A DNA stretch of 64,000 bases, taken from contig JANRLL010000009.1 in NCBI GenBank assembly GCA_033762715.1, positions 1,662 to 65,661 on the forward strand. The letters run 5' to 3'. This DNA comes from Rickettsiales bacterium (GTDB lineage Bacteria; Pseudomonadota; Alphaproteobacteria; Rickettsiales; SXRF01). The stretch's first letter is position 1; each line of letters begins with the position of its first letter. Shown in pieces: positions 8,903-19,631 of this stretch. The notes beneath the pieces were generated by a model. The model saw only the letters and a program-made list of their open reading frames with translations, made no database searches and was not told the origin of the DNA. Both the position numbers and the translations under genes were made by a program.

Positions 8903-9442
8903 GTGACAAAAGAAAACAAACTCCACCTCACGTTACTTGAGTCTGGAATGCCGGGGCTTACGCCAGCATGGGCTAAGGTCTTGTGCGAAGCCGCGGCTGT
9001 TTGCCTTGAAGAAAAGAAGCATAAAACTGGGGTTACGTTATTCCTTTCGGGACTCACGACAGAAACAATTTTGCTTGAATGGAATGCTGTTGATGAACAG
9101 CAGCGTAAAGCTCACAAAGATATACATGAGGCAACGGAATATGGAGCGTGTGGGTTGGCTATTTTGCTAGTCAAAAAATTGACAGGTAAAGTTGTTCTTG
9201 AGCGATCTTACAAGGGGTCAGGATTTGATTATTGGTTAGGTGATGAGAACCACGACAGCGCAGATTTATTTGCAGGGAAAGCTCGGCTAGAAGTATCGGG
9301 AATGCTGGAAGGCAACAAAAATGCCCTCAATGCCCGTGTAAAGCAGAAGAAATCACAGATACAACCCAGTCGACATTTGGCACCTGGGTTTGTTGCAGTT
9401 ACAGAATTTAGCAATCCGATGGCACATGTGGAGGTAGCATGA
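8903..9442 (+). CDS. hypothetical protein, predicted PD-(D/E)xK-like nuclease fold
   Basis: EATEYGA...GSGFDYWLG...ARLEVSG pattern (E...D...ExS); overlaps the next gene (ATGA). Confidence 0.7.
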   Translation: MTKENKLHLTLLESGMPGLTPAWAKVLCEAAAVCLEEKKHKTGVTLFLSGLTTETILLEWNAVDEQQRKAHKDIHEATEYGACGLAILLVKKLTGKVVLERSYKGSGFDYWLGDENHDSADLFAGKARLEVSGMLEGNKNALNARVKQKKSQIQPSRHLAPGFVAVTEFSNPMAHVEVA

Positions 9443-10569
9443 AAAATATTACCTCAATCCACCAAAGCGCCATGGAAAAAACCGACTATGCAGTGTCAGC
9501 TAAGTTAAAAGGTGATATCGAAGCCGCGCGCGCGCTATTTAATGAGGCTTTTCTCTTAGAAAAAGAGGCGGCGATGCTTGCCTTACAATTTGGTGCCACA
9601 GAGCCAACTCGGTCAATCTTATTGCGCAGCGCCGCTTCATTGGCATTGGATGCACAAAAAACATCCGAGGCGGAAAAGTTGGTATGTACTGCCTTGGCAA
9701 ATGAACCGCCCGCCGATATTGCAAATGAGCTAAGGGATTTATTAGAGCAGGTCCATTTCCAGCGGCACTTAGACTTACGCGGCATAACGCTTTCGGACGA
9801 CGAAGTGCAGATGTCTATTGCCGGTGAAGGAGTAGGATTCGGTATTACACCTACCGAATTGTTTACACACCGTATTACAAAAACTGAGAATCTAATTTAT
9901 CGCACCGCAGAAAGAACCAGAAGTAAGCCTTATCGTGAAGCAGGCCCCCTAGACAAAAGCACGCGCGAAAGTGTTGCACTTTATATGTCAACGCCAAGGG
10001 CAGCGAGTTTTGCTGTTACCTTTAGAGTGGGGCAAAGTGAGCAAATGATTTTGCCAGGATTATCTTTTGGACAACAAGTTATTGATGAAATGCTTGGTTG
10101 TCTTGAAATTTTTATAAGTGGGGATCAGACAGAACTAAAAAAACGTATTCCTGATCAGGCTTATTATAATAACTTTATCGGATTGGCTCGTAGTATTGCT
10201 CCAGATGGAAAAGACTTAAACCTTGTGGGATTTACTACGACAAGAAATGGTAAAGAAAAACGTGTGGCAATTACTCGCAATGAGAGAGCTCATAACATAA
10301 ATCCGATTACGCCTCCTAAAGTAATTGACGTAGAAGATGACCGCAGTGAGGCCATTATTATTGGTGTTCTAAGATTCGCAGATTCAGTTAAGGCAGGAAA
10401 AGATATCATCAAAATTGTTGATGACGAAAATGCTGGTCATAAGCTCACAGTTCCTGAAGGTATGATGAGTGATATTGTAAAACCCCTTTGGAATACAAAA
10501 GTAGTAGCAACGGGGCGTTATAAAGGTAAGCAGCTTATCCTTGAGGATATTGAGGCTTATACTGAGTAG
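9439..10569 (+). CDS. hypothetical protein: N-terminal TPR-like helical domain plus large C-terminal region
   Basis: HQSAME...EPTRSILLRSAASLAL...PPADIANELRDLL helical repeat; beta-rich C-terminus. Confidence 0.75.
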   Translation: MKNITSIHQSAMEKTDYAVSAKLKGDIEAARALFNEAFLLEKEAAMLALQFGATEPTRSILLRSAASLALDAQKTSEAEKLVCTALANEPPADIANELRDLLEQVHFQRHLDLRGITLSDDEVQMSIAGEGVGFGITPTELFTHRITKTENLIYRTAERTRSKPYREAGPLDKSTRESVALYMSTPRAASFAVTFRVGQSEQMILPGLSFGQQVIDEMLGCLEIFISGDQTELKKRIPDQAYYNNFIGLARSIAPDGKDLNLVGFTTTRNGKEKRVAITRNERAHNINPITPPKVIDVEDDRSEAIIIGVLRFADSVKAGKDIIKIVDDENAGHKLTVPEGMMSDIVKPLWNTKVVATGRYKGKQLILEDIEAYTE

Positions 10570-10684
10570 CTCTATAGTCAGTAATGCCTTAGGTATTTAA
10601 CTGATAGGAGCCGTAATAGATTTCATAGAATCCAGCGAAATGCCCCACATATTCCCCACAGTGCCGCCGATATAATATTGTCTT

Positions 10685-10706
10685 TGTGGACTTATAGAGG
10701 ACTTAC
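10685..10706 (+). promoter_or_regulatory. probable integrase arm-type binding site
   Basis: tgtggacttatagaggacttac, direct repeat of 1138-1159. Confidence 0.7.
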
Positions 10707-10763
10707 ACGGCAAATCATAGACTTGATGGTGACACAAAACACTTGTTAACGTATTGAAAAATA

Positions 10764-10840
10764 TGGCGCACCCGAGACGATTCGAACGTCCGACCTTTGC
10801 CTTCGGAGGGCAATGCTCTATCCAGCTGAGCTACGGGTGC
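10764..10840 (-). tRNA. tRNA-Arg (anticodon CCG)
   Basis: 77-nt cloverleaf GCACCCG...CT-CCG-AA...GTTCGAATC...CGGGTGCGCCA. Confidence 0.97.
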
Positions 10841-10908
10841 GTGAGGCGATTCTGCTTTCATACTCGGGTGAATGCGTACGTGCTACCGAAAAATAAGGTG
10901 GGTAGGGC

Positions 10909-13900
10909 TTAAAAATCCAGGCTATAGCGCAGGAAGACGCGCGCATCATTTTCAGCCGTGGCGTCATGGTTTGGATTGACCCGAAGCGCTGAATTAAGGC
11001 TGAGTTGCGATTGATCGGCGCTGATTAAATGATAATAGCCTTCAAAGCTCCATTCCTGTGCGGTAGGCGTCAGGTTGAGGGATTGATTCTGATACACCAC
11101 ATCGCCGCCTTTGAGCACATCCACCGGCAAGGTAAGACCGGCGCGACCCGACATAACACGCATCGGTTGCGACACCATAAAGCCTAAGCGATCACCGCTG
11201 CGGCCGACATTGTTAAACTCGGTGCCGAAGGCAAAGGCATTGGTCATGATAGTGCCAAAATCGGTGAAGAGTGAGCTATGCGAAGCAGCGACTTGCGTCA
11301 GACCCATATGGTAATTGGCAAGCAGCGTGACATCATCAGCCAGCGCATAACGTCCGGCGATGCCGCTATGGTAGGTGGTGGATTGATCGATGCCAAAAGC
11401 TCCGCTGGTTTCGGAACCGAGCAAGCTGTTATTTTCGACGACGACACCGTTGCTAAACGCCACTTCGGCCTGATTTGCATCATAACTGAAGGACTGCTCG
11501 TAATAGGCGCCTCCAATGCGCTTGTTGGTGGCAAACTGGTAGTCATATTCATCACGGAACTTGCCGTCATAGGCGGCGAGCAAGGTTTTCGAATGCGGGT
11601 TTTTAAATTCCATCACGCTGCTATTGGCCACATCGGTTAAGCTCAAATACGGATTGAGCGTGGCGCCACTCATCACTAGGCGCTCTTGATCCCAATCGCT
11701 GACAGCGCTGGCTAAATGCGTGTGGTAATTAAGCGATAAGGCTTGCTCGCCTAGCCCGGCATTAGGTAGCGCTGAGCTAAAGGAGAAAGAGGAGAAAGGC
11801 GTATTTTGCCCCTGCTGGCTGGCGGTGCTGGTAAAGCTTACCTGCGCGAAATTGCCAATGCTGCCGCTTTGCGCGAATTCCGGCTGCGCAAATTGCATCA
11901 GCTGGGTGAAGGCCGATTTGGTTTGGCTTAGGCTGCGCGATACGCTTCCTAAGCCGATCGTATAATCTTTGCGGTAGGCATCGGTGAAAATTAAATGCGC
12001 GGTGCTTTTGGTCAAGGAATCACCGAAGGGAGCCGATAAGCCAAAGCCTGATGTGGAAAAGCCAAAGCTCGAATGCGAGCCAGGCACCGAAAGCGTCCAG
12101 CCACCCACCGTTGGATCGGTGGCTGCTTCTAAATTAACGCGGCCATGGCCATAGACCGCATCGACACCGGCCACGCCTAAATCATCGGCCGTATCAAATA
12201 AAATATCGAGCACTTCGGTTGGATCAAGCTGCGGGAAAGCGCCCAGCATAATAGCAATGGCACCGCTTATGTTGGGTGCGGCAAAAGAGGTGCCTTGAAT
12301 GGCGCTGGAATAGCCGCCGCCATTTTGGGTGGAGGTGGTAATTTCACCGGGCGCTGCCAAACACCAATCGCGTGCCAGGCCGCACTCTTCGCTGAAGCTG
12401 GAAATATTGCCGCTATCGTCTAGTGATATGGCTGCGACCCAATGGCCACTCCAATCGTAATGGGACGGGTTCACTGCATCGTAGTTGCCTTGGGTGACGG
12501 CAGCGGGTGCAGTGGCACCTTGGAAATAAAGCGGCATACCAGCCAGTACGCCTGGTTCGGTGGTGCCGTCATTGCCGGCGGAATAGACGATGATGGTGCC
12601 GTTTTGTATCGCCGTATTATAGGCGCTGGCCAGAGTGGTGCCGCCATACGTGGTGTTTAAAATAAATTGCAGCTGGGGCACGCTTGCTTCGGCAATGGTG
12701 AGCGAGCTGTTATCGAGCTGCTGTAGGCCGTAGCTGGCGTTGATGACTTGTGCGCCATTATTGGTCGCATATAAAATGCCAGGGGCGTCGCCATTGGTGA
12801 GATCGCCATTATCGTCGGCAAATCCGATCGACATGATGTTGGCTTCGGGCGCCACTCCATGCATACCGTCGCTCGATTCATTGCGCTCAGCTGCGATAAT
12901 GCCTGCAACCCAAGTGCCGTGTTCGTCTGTGTCACTGCCGCCAGTGGCGCAGCCTGAATCGTCGCAGGTAACCGACAAACTGACGAGTGAGTTAGCGTCT
13001 AATTCCGAATGCGTCATATCAACGCCGGTATCAACCACGGCGACAATCACATGCCCATCGGGCTGGTCGTCGAGCAAGTTGCCCGAACCGTCGCGGTTGA
13101 AAATGCGGCCGTCATAGCCATGCGCATAGGCATAGTTAGCGCGCATATCCAAAATGCCTTCTTGGTTTTGCGATTCGGCCGTGTCGAAGCTCGCGGCGCT
13201 ACAGGCTTCGGGGTGGATGCCCGCGCCGGCCCCGCAATCGATGGTTTCGCTGCCGGTGATCCCGCCACCGCCCCCACCGCCCCCACCGCTCCCACCGCCG
13301 CCAAGTCCTACGGCAGCTGCAACGGCACCGGCGAGTACGGCGCCGCCCAAGACTACCCCAGAGCCTGCGCCCATACCGGTTTTGGCGACTGAGATTTCGC
13401 GGGTGCTTAAGGCTTCGTGATTTTTAATCAGCTGCGCGGCGTTGTATGGATCGGCTGCATTTTGCGCGATCAAATATTTCGCCACGTCGAATTTTCCGGC
13501 GTTGTAAGAAGAGATGAGTGCCGTCTCCCAACGGTTGTTTTGAGCGTTGATATTGGCGCCGTTTTCCACCAGGAATTTCACCATATCCATATTGCCAGCG
13601 CGAGCGGCACGAATCAGCGGTGTGTTGCCTTCGATATCACGAAAATCCAAATTGACGCGGTAACTAGGGGTTGCACCAGGCGCGCTTTGTAACATCGAAC
13701 GCACGAAATTCACATGCGCGCGCAGGCGCTCCACATCACCACGATCAACGGCATTGAACATCGCCTGCTGGTCTTCAAGCGTCAGGCTGGAAATAGGTTT
13801 GGGCGAGACAATGTATGGCGTTTCGGCGGCAAGGGCGGACGTGCTGCTAAGCAGTTGGGCCGCGATCATCAAGGAATAAGGTATCAGCTTATAAGGCGAT

Positions 13901-13923
13901 GGCCTGGCAGTCATGGCGTCCAT
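10909..13923 (-). CDS. ankyrin-repeat plus S8 subtilase fusion with probable C-terminal beta-barrel
   Basis: Signal peptide; ankyrin [28 protein letters not shown]; catalytic VDTG, HGTWVAG and GTSFAAP; ends in YSLDF. Confidence 0.85.
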   Translation of the reverse strand: MDAMTARPSPYKLIPYSLMIAAQLLSSTSALAAETPYIVSPKPISSLTLEDQQAMFNAVDRGDVERLRAHVNFVRSMLQSAPGATPSYRVNLDFRDIEGNTPLIRAARAGNMDMVKFLVENGANINAQNNRWETALISSYNAGKFDVAKYLIAQNAADPYNAAQLIKNHEALSTREISVAKTGMGAGSGVVLGGAVLAGAVAAAVGLGGGGSGGGGGGGGGITGSETIDCGAGAGIHPEACSAASFDTAESQNQEGILDMRANYAYAHGYDGRIFNRDGSGNLLDDQPDGHVIVAVVDTGVDMTHSELDANSLVSLSVTCDDSGCATGGSDTDEHGTWVAGIIAAERNESSDGMHGVAPEANIMSIGFADDNGDLTNGDAPGILYATNNGAQVINASYGLQQLDNSSLTIAEASVPQLQFILNTTYGGTTLASAYNTAIQNGTIIVYSAGNDGTTEPGVLAGMPLYFQGATAPAAVTQGNYDAVNPSHYDWSGHWVAAISLDDSGNISSFSEECGLARDWCLAAPGEITTSTQNGGGYSSAIQGTSFAAPNISGAIAIMLGAFPQLDPTEVLDILFDTADDLGVAGVDAVYGHGRVNLEAATDPTVGGWTLSVPGSHSSFGFSTSGFGLSAPFGDSLTKSTAHLIFTDAYRKDYTIGLGSVSRSLSQTKSAFTQLMQFAQPEFAQSGSIGNFAQVSFTSTASQQGQNTPFSSFSFSSALPNAGLGEQALSLNYHTHLASAVSDWDQERLVMSGATLNPYLSLTDVANSSVMEFKNPHSKTLLAAYDGKFRDEYDYQFATNKRIGGAYYEQSFSYDANQAEVAFSNGVVVENNSLLGSETSGAFGIDQSTTYHSGIAGRYALADDVTLLANYHMGLTQVAASHSSLFTDFGTIMTNAFAFGTEFNNVGRSGDRLGFMVSQPMRVMSGRAGLTLPVDVLKGGDVVYQNQSLNLTPTAQEWSFEGYYHLISADQSQLSLNSALRVNPNHDATAENDARVFLRYSLDF

Positions 13924-14019
13924 GTGTGGTTATATTATGGCACACATGATTACCGTAAGATGCACGGATTGCAATGTATTTTAAAAAAGTCGCTAAGAAT
14001 GTTTCCGCGACAAAAACAC

Positions 14020-14406
14020 TTAGCGCTGATGTGATTCACCACGACCTGGTGCGGGTGGCATCATATGCGGTGAAATGGCTGGTGCACCGCTACCTACTTC
14101 TTCACGGTAGCCGCCCCACCAGTTTTTACCCTGCATACGGCTTTGCAAAAACTCTTCGTCGATTTGCAATTTCTTGGTTTCTTTCAGCGTGACCAAACCT
14201 GCAATCGCACCGCCGGCAGCGCCCACTAATCCTAAAAGCGGCGCGGCAACGCCACCTAATCCCATGAACATACCAGCAAATGCCAAGAGCATGAAGGCAC
14301 CGGTAATCACCATGCCGGTTACTTTAATTTTGAAACTGCGGTTGGCGATGTCTTCTTTCATCGCTTGCAGATTGGCTTCTTGATTAAAGTTGAAGTGATC
14401 GCCCAT
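14020..14406 (-). CDS. hypothetical membrane protein
   Basis: ATG at 14406 with GAGG RBS; two Gly-rich hydrophobic helices. Confidence 0.6.
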   Translation of the reverse strand: MGDHFNFNQEANLQAMKEDIANRSFKIKVTGMVITGAFMLLAFAGMFMGLGGVAAPLLGLVGAAGGAIAGLVTLKETKKLQIDEEFLQSRMQGKNWWGGYREEVGSGAPAISPHMMPPAPGRGESHQR

Positions 14407-14530
14407 AACGCCCTCATAATTCCATTGATGAGATTCATTATAACGCCTGTTGCTGCCAAATAATATGACGTTTGTGTAAAGGCTTTTTAAGGGTTTATGA
14501 CAGGCGAGTGACAATATAAATAGTTATTTA

Positions 14531-15454
14531 TCAAGCCCTTGGGTGGGCGTTGCTATAGGCGGTAAGCAGCCTTTCCTTATCGACATGGGTATAGCGCTGG
14601 GTGGTAGATAGCGACGCATGGCCCAATAATTCCTGGATCGAGCGCAAATCACCACCGGCTGATAACAGGTGGGTGGCGAAGCTGTGGCGGAAGGCATGCG
14701 GTGTGGTGGATTCGGGTAAATTCAAGCTGCGGCGCAGCTTGCGCAATTGCAGTTGGAAGATAGCCGGATCGAGCGCCTTGCCGCGCTTGCCAAAAAAAAG
14801 CGGGCCCTCGGGAGCAAATGCGTGCGGGCAGGTTTGCACATAGTCGGCGATCGCTTCTTTGATGACCGGCAGCACCGGCACTTGTCGCGCTTTGTTGCCT
14901 TTACCGATGATGGTTATCACCTCGCCTTGAGGGATGTCGCCGTAGCGCAAGCCGAGCGCTTCGCTGATACGCAACCCGCAGCCATAGATAAGTGTCAACA
15001 GCGCTAAATCGCGCTTACCCAGCCAGTCTTCTTCGTGCTGGGTTTCAATTTCATCCAGCGCTTGTTTGGCTTGTTCGATACCCACCGCTTTGGGCAGCGG
15101 CTTTTTTAATTTTGGGCTGCGTATGTGAAAAATCGCTGCGTTTTGCACCTGGTTTTGCCGCTCCAAATAACGGAAAAAACTTTTGATGGTAGAAAGCGCC
15201 CTGGCGGTGGAGCTGGCTTCAAAACCCTGCATGCGCGAGGCAAGCCAGGCGCGAATGTCTTTGGCCTCCAGCGCTTGCAAATGCGCCATGCTGATTTCCT
15301 CACCCACATGCCCGCTGAGAAAGCCGCAAAAATGCGTGAGGTCTTGCTGGTAGGAAATGAGGGTGTGGCGGGATGCGCGCTTAATGTCGCGAAGCCAGAT
15401 TTCCCAAGCTTTGATGGCTTCAGAAAGATCGGGGCTGACGGGTAAGGCTTGCAT
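14531..15454 (-). CDS. xerC: tyrosine recombinase XerC
   Basis: GCGLRISE, TPHAFRHSFATHLL, LGHASLSTTQRY; adjacent to the DUF484 gene. Confidence 0.9.
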   Translation of the reverse strand: MQALPVSPDLSEAIKAWEIWLRDIKRASRHTLISYQQDLTHFCGFLSGHVGEEISMAHLQALEAKDIRAWLASRMQGFEASSTARALSTIKSFFRYLERQNQVQNAAIFHIRSPKLKKPLPKAVGIEQAKQALDEIETQHEEDWLGKRDLALLTLIYGCGLRISEALGLRYGDIPQGEVITIIGKGNKARQVPVLPVIKEAIADYVQTCPHAFAPEGPLFFGKRGKALDPAIFQLQLRKLRRSLNLPESTTPHAFRHSFATHLLSAGGDLRSIQELLGHASLSTTQRYTHVDKERLLTAYSNAHPRA

Positions 15455-15456
15455 GG

Positions 15457-16230
15457 TTATTCGTCTAAATCTTGTAAATACAAATCCAGTTGATGGGCAA
15501 CAATTTGGGCTAGGAAATTGAGCAACTCAATGCCTTGGCCTTGGTGGAAGCGGCTTTTATGGCGCACGCCAAAGGCAAGCAATACATGCTTATTGACCTG
15601 TTCCAGCTCCAAGCGCAGAATGGCGCACGACACAATCAGCTGCTCGCAATCGGAAAAAATCTCATCAAATCCTGCCGGCGGTGTGGCCGCACAATCATCG
15701 ACCAGCAACACGTTTTTCTTTTTGCCGAGCGCAATATCAGCTATGCCGTGCGGGATGAAGACGATGCCCGAATAATTATCGCCATTATAATAGCTCTCAT
15801 ACAGACCGGCGCTGTCGGACTCCATCGCCAGGCGCACCACATCGACATTAAACAGGCTCATCAAATCGAGGGTTACGACCTCTAATAATTGCTCCAGGCT
15901 GCGCGCGCGAATAAGCCGCAGCACCGCGGCATGCACCTGGTGCTGCACCGACATATTATCGCGGCAAAAATCCACCAGCACATCGTAGCGGCCCTTCAAA
16001 TCGCTTTTATCTTTTTGCAGATTCTTCAGCATATAATGTTGGAAGTCGATAATGCCATTACCGAGATCTTGTTCGGGTGGCGCAATATCGGCAATCACGT
16101 CGCTATTTTTTTGCAAGAAATCTGGATGCGCTTTGAGAAATTCGCGCACCTGTTCCGCTGTGGGTGACTTCGCTACTTTAGGTGCGGTGTCGCCTGAGCT
16201 CATGCGATTTTCTGTCCAGTTTTCTGCCAA
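15457..16230 (-). CDS. DUF484 family protein
   Basis: [12 protein letters not shown]...IIDFQ and [15 protein letters not shown]; start may be at 16203. Confidence 0.85.
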   Translation of the reverse strand: MAENWTENRMSSGDTAPKVAKSPTAEQVREFLKAHPDFLQKNSDVIADIAPPEQDLGNGIIDFQHYMLKNLQKDKSDLKGRYDVLVDFCRDNMSVQHQVHAAVLRLIRARSLEQLLEVVTLDLMSLFNVDVVRLAMESDSAGLYESYYNGDNYSGIVFIPHGIADIALGKKKNVLLVDDCAATPPAGFDEIFSDCEQLIVSCAILRLELEQVNKHVLLAFGVRHKSRFHQGQGIELLNFLAQIVAHQLDLYLQDLDE

Positions 16231-16856
16231 TCGGCAAGGAAGGTTTCCAGTCCGCGATCGGTCAGCGGATGATGCACGAGTTGTTTCAATACCGACGGAG
16301 GAATGGTTGCCACATCAGCGCCCATTTTAGCTGCATAAATCAGGTGAATGGGATTGCGGATCGAGGCCACCAGCACTTCGGTTTTAAAGGCGGGGTATTG
16401 GCGGTAGATGGTGACGATTTCACTGATCAGCTGCATACCGTCCTGGCCAATATCATCCAAGCGGCCGACGAAGGGCGAGATGAAGGTCGCGCCAGCTTTA
16501 GCGGCCAGCAACGCCTGCGCCGCCGAGAAGCAGAGCGTCACATTCACCATAATACCTTTGCTGGTGAAGTATTTGCAGGCGCGCAGACCGTCCATGGTGA
16601 GCGGTACTTTGATGGTGACGTTCTTGGCGAGCTTGGCAAGTTTTTCGCCTTCTTTCACCATGCCCTCATAATCGGTGGCGGTGACTTCGGCGGAAACCGG
16701 ACCAGGCACGATTGAGCAAATTTCTTTGATCACTTCGATGAAGTCGCGGCCGGATTTGGCAACCAAGCTTGGATTGGTAGTCACGCCATCGAGCAAACCG
16801 GTTGCTGCAAGCTCTTTGATTTCCTTGGTATCGGCGGTATCAACAAAAAATTTCAT
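16200..16856 (-). CDS. tal: transaldolase / fructose-6-phosphate aldolase
   Basis: [26 protein letters not shown]. Confidence 0.92.
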   Translation of the reverse strand: MKFFVDTADTKEIKELAATGLLDGVTTNPSLVAKSGRDFIEVIKEICSIVPGPVSAEVTATDYEGMVKEGEKLAKLAKNVTIKVPLTMDGLRACKYFTSKGIMVNVTLCFSAAQALLAAKAGATFISPFVGRLDDIGQDGMQLISEIVTIYRQYPAFKTEVLVASIRNPIHLIYAAKMGADVATIPPSVLKQLVHHPLTDRGLETFLADWQKTGQKIA

Positions 16857-16919
16857 AATTCGTCATCCTATGCTGTATGAATGGGTGAACGATAAACGAG
16901 TGGGACAATTTCGCAATAA

Positions 16920-18917
16920 ATGAATCACACGCAACTTGAAATATTGTTACCGACCAGCGCACCGCATGGATTTGATTATCGCGCCGAGACTACCCTTGCG
17001 CTTTCTGCTGGTGATTATGTACGCGTGCCGTTTGGCAGGGGCGAATCACTCGGTGTGGTCTGGGGGCCAGGGGTCGCCCAATTGCCAGCCGGTAAATTGA
17101 AATCGGTGCAGCGTGCTTTTCCTGATGTACCAGCGCTGTCTGCTTCGATGCGCGAATTTATCGATTTTGCCGCCTGGTATAATTGTGTGCCCAAAGGCGC
17201 GATTCTTAAAATGGTGGTGCCGCTGGATGATATTGATAAGACCGCACGCACGCCGCCACCGGTGCATACACCCGATCCGACGCAGATGAAGCCGCCTGTT
17301 TTATCGGCCACGCAACAAGAAGCAGCAAGCGTACTTACTAAAAAACTCAGCCAAGGATTTTCGGTGACCTTGCTCGATGGGGTGACCGGCTCGGGCAAGA
17401 CCGAAGTGTATTTCGATATGGTGGCCGAGTTGCTCCAGCGCGATGATCAGAGTCAGGCGCTGATTTTGCTTCCCGAGATTGCGCTTTCCGTGCAGTCGCT
17501 CGATCGCTTTGAAGCGCGCTTTGGGTTCAAACCGGTGATCTGGAATTCGGAAATCACCCTGGCGCGCAAACGCGCCGGCTGGCAAGCCATTGCCAAAGGC
17601 ACCGCACGGGTGGTAATCGGTGCGCGCTCGGCTTTGTTTTTACCGTATCGGCATTTATCAGCGATCATCGTCGATGAAGAACATGACGCCTCTTATAAGC
17701 AAGAAGAAGGTGTGATTTACCATGCGCGTGATATGGCGGTGACGCGAGCGCGGTTTGAAAAAATTCCGGTGCTGCTGGTGTCGGCTACCCCGTCGCTGGA
17801 GAGTTATCATAATGTGCAGCAAGGCCGTTATGGCGAGTTGCTGCTGCCAGCGCGTCACGGGCAAGCGGTGATGCCTGCCACGGTGATGCTCGATATGCGC
17901 CAGCCCATTACCGAGCGCGGTGCCTTTATCTCAAACCCGCTGCGTGAACAACTCGCCCAGGCGCTAGGCTCGGGTCATCAGGCCATGCTGTTTCTAAACC
18001 GCCGTGGCTATGCGCCGCTGATGCTGTGCCGCACCTGCGGGCATCGCTTTCAATGCGCGGAATGCTCATCTTGGCTAGTGCTGCATAAAAAAGGTGGAGG
18101 AAGCGCCCAAAGACTCGAATGCCATCATTGCGGTCACCGCGAACCGGTGCCGGAAACCTGCCCTGCCTGTCAGGCCACCGATAGTTTACATGCGTGCGGC
18201 CCAGGCGTGGAGCGGTTGCATGAAGAAGTGCGCGCGGTGTTTCCGCAGGCGCGGGTGGCGGTCATGGCCAGTGATAGTATGGATAGTTTCAATAACCTAT
18301 CCGAGACGATTTATGCGATGGAGAATCGCCAGATTGATTTGCTGATCGGCACGCAGATGATGGCCAAAGGCCACCATTTCGCCGGACTTTCGGTGGTTGG
18401 GGTGGTAGATGCCGATTTGGGACTGGCGGGCGGTGATTTACGCGCCGCCGAGCGCACCTATCAGCTATTGCATCAGCTTTCCGGCCGCGCCGGCCGCGAG
18501 GATATTCCTGGCACGGTCTATCTGCAAAGCTTTTTGCCCGACCATCCGGTGATGCAAGCGCTGCTCGATGGCGGCCGTGATGCGTTTTTAGCCGCTGAGC
18601 TCGCCGCGCGCCAGGATGCAAATATGCCGCCTTTTAGCCGTTTGGCTGCGATTATTATTGAAGGGCCCAAAGAAGAACAGGTGATGAAACTGTCGCGTCA
18701 GTTGGCGGCTTCGGCCGATCCGGCCAAAGGGTTGCAGATTCTAGGTCCCTCGCCGGCCCCGCTTTATTTGCTGCGTGGGCGCTACCGCTACCGCCTGCTG
18801 GTGAAGGCTGACCGCGAACTCAACCTGCCGAATTTCATGCGGCGCTGGGTGGATACCGCTGCCCTTCCCTCGTCGCTCAAAGTGAAAATAGACATGGATC
18901 CGATCAGCTTCTTATAG
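16920..18917 (+). CDS. priA: primosomal protein N'
   Basis: GVTGSGKTEVY, DEEH, four CxxC pairs. Confidence 0.95.
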   Translation: MNHTQLEILLPTSAPHGFDYRAETTLALSAGDYVRVPFGRGESLGVVWGPGVAQLPAGKLKSVQRAFPDVPALSASMREFIDFAAWYNCVPKGAILKMVVPLDDIDKTARTPPPVHTPDPTQMKPPVLSATQQEAASVLTKKLSQGFSVTLLDGVTGSGKTEVYFDMVAELLQRDDQSQALILLPEIALSVQSLDRFEARFGFKPVIWNSEITLARKRAGWQAIAKGTARVVIGARSALFLPYRHLSAIIVDEEHDASYKQEEGVIYHARDMAVTRARFEKIPVLLVSATPSLESYHNVQQGRYGELLLPARHGQAVMPATVMLDMRQPITERGAFISNPLREQLAQALGSGHQAMLFLNRRGYAPLMLCRTCGHRFQCAECSSWLVLHKKGGGSAQRLECHHCGHREPVPETCPACQATDSLHACGPGVERLHEEVRAVFPQARVAVMASDSMDSFNNLSETIYAMENRQIDLLIGTQMMAKGHHFAGLSVVGVVDADLGLAGGDLRAAERTYQLLHQLSGRAGREDIPGTVYLQSFLPDHPVMQALLDGGRDAFLAAELAARQDANMPPFSRLAAIIIEGPKEEQVMKLSRQLAASADPAKGLQILGPSPAPLYLLRGRYRYRLLVKADRELNLPNFMRRWVDTAALPSSLKVKIDMDPISFL

Positions 18918-19049
18918 CGCGGATAACTAATTGATTTTTCTAATAACGAACTGTTTTTTGCAATGGGCGATTTTTCTATTGCCTTTAGGGCGAATATTGC
19001 TAAGTTCACCGCGTATTTTTATCCACCCCATTCATTCAGAAAACGACCG

Positions 19050-19598
19050 GTGAAAGCCTCAGAACAACAAATTGCGCAGCGTTACGTGACCGCCTTACTG
19101 GGCGTGGCCAAGGATGATGCCGCTTTGGCGCAGGTTGAAAAGGATCTGCTGGCGCTTCAAAACGCCTATGCGCAGGATGCCGGTTTTCGTGAAGTGTTGG
19201 CCAATCCGCTCTTGGGCCGCACGCAGTTGGCGGGTGCTATGGCCGAAGTGCTTAAAACCCTCAAAGCCCATGCCCTTACCCAACAGTTTGTGGCGATGGT
19301 GGCCAATCAAAAACGCCTGACCTTGCTGCCGCAAATCGCGACCTTGTTTGAAGAGGCCTTGATGGCGCGCCGTGGTGAGTTGGCAGTGGAATTAGTCAGC
19401 GCAGTAGCGCTTTCAGACAAAGAAATAGAGGCAGTTCGCGCGCAGCTTGCCAAAGCGTACGGCAAAAAAATTACGATTAAAACCCGCGTCAATCCAGAGA
19501 TTCTGGGTGGGGTAGTGATTAATATCGGCAGCACCCAGTTGGATGGGTCGTTGTCGGGGAAACTTCGCCGCTTGGGCCAACAGCTCAAGGCGGCATAA
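19050..19598 (+). CDS. atpH: ATP synthase F1 delta
   Basis: IAQRYVTAL...ILGGVVINIGSTQLDGS; first gene of atpHAGDC; GTG start inferred. Confidence 0.9.
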   Translation: MKASEQQIAQRYVTALLGVAKDDAALAQVEKDLLALQNAYAQDAGFREVLANPLLGRTQLAGAMAEVLKTLKAHALTQQFVAMVANQKRLTLLPQIATLFEEALMARRGELAVELVSAVALSDKEIEAVRAQLAKAYGKKITIKTRVNPEILGGVVINIGSTQLDGSLSGKLRRLGQQLKAA

Positions 19599-19631
19599 CG
19601 TTATAGATGGTTGTAGAAGGAGCATAAGCTA

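Larger units (their letters stand above)
938..10811. mobile_element. integrative element / PICI-like phage satellite in tRNA-Arg(CCG)
   Basis: Flanking 49-bp direct repeats; integrase, AlpA-like HTH, primase, helicase and TerS-like gene; no capsid or tail genes; visibly more AT-rich than the flanks. Confidence 0.9.

Noticed and set aside
13262-13302. Tandem ccaccgccc repeats as a VNTR or CRISPR
   Set aside because: They simply encode the poly-Gly linker of the subtilase.
14476-14501. CtrA-like TTAA-N7-TTAA boxes upstream of the 14020-14406 gene
   Set aside because: Only imperfect matches (GTAA-N7-TTAA) in AT-rich DNA; not distinguishable from chance.
16920-18917. PriA shorter than usual, with a small GGGSAQ segment in the Zn region
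   Set aside because: All catalytic motifs are intact, compact PriA variants are known, and the segment shows no hairpin.
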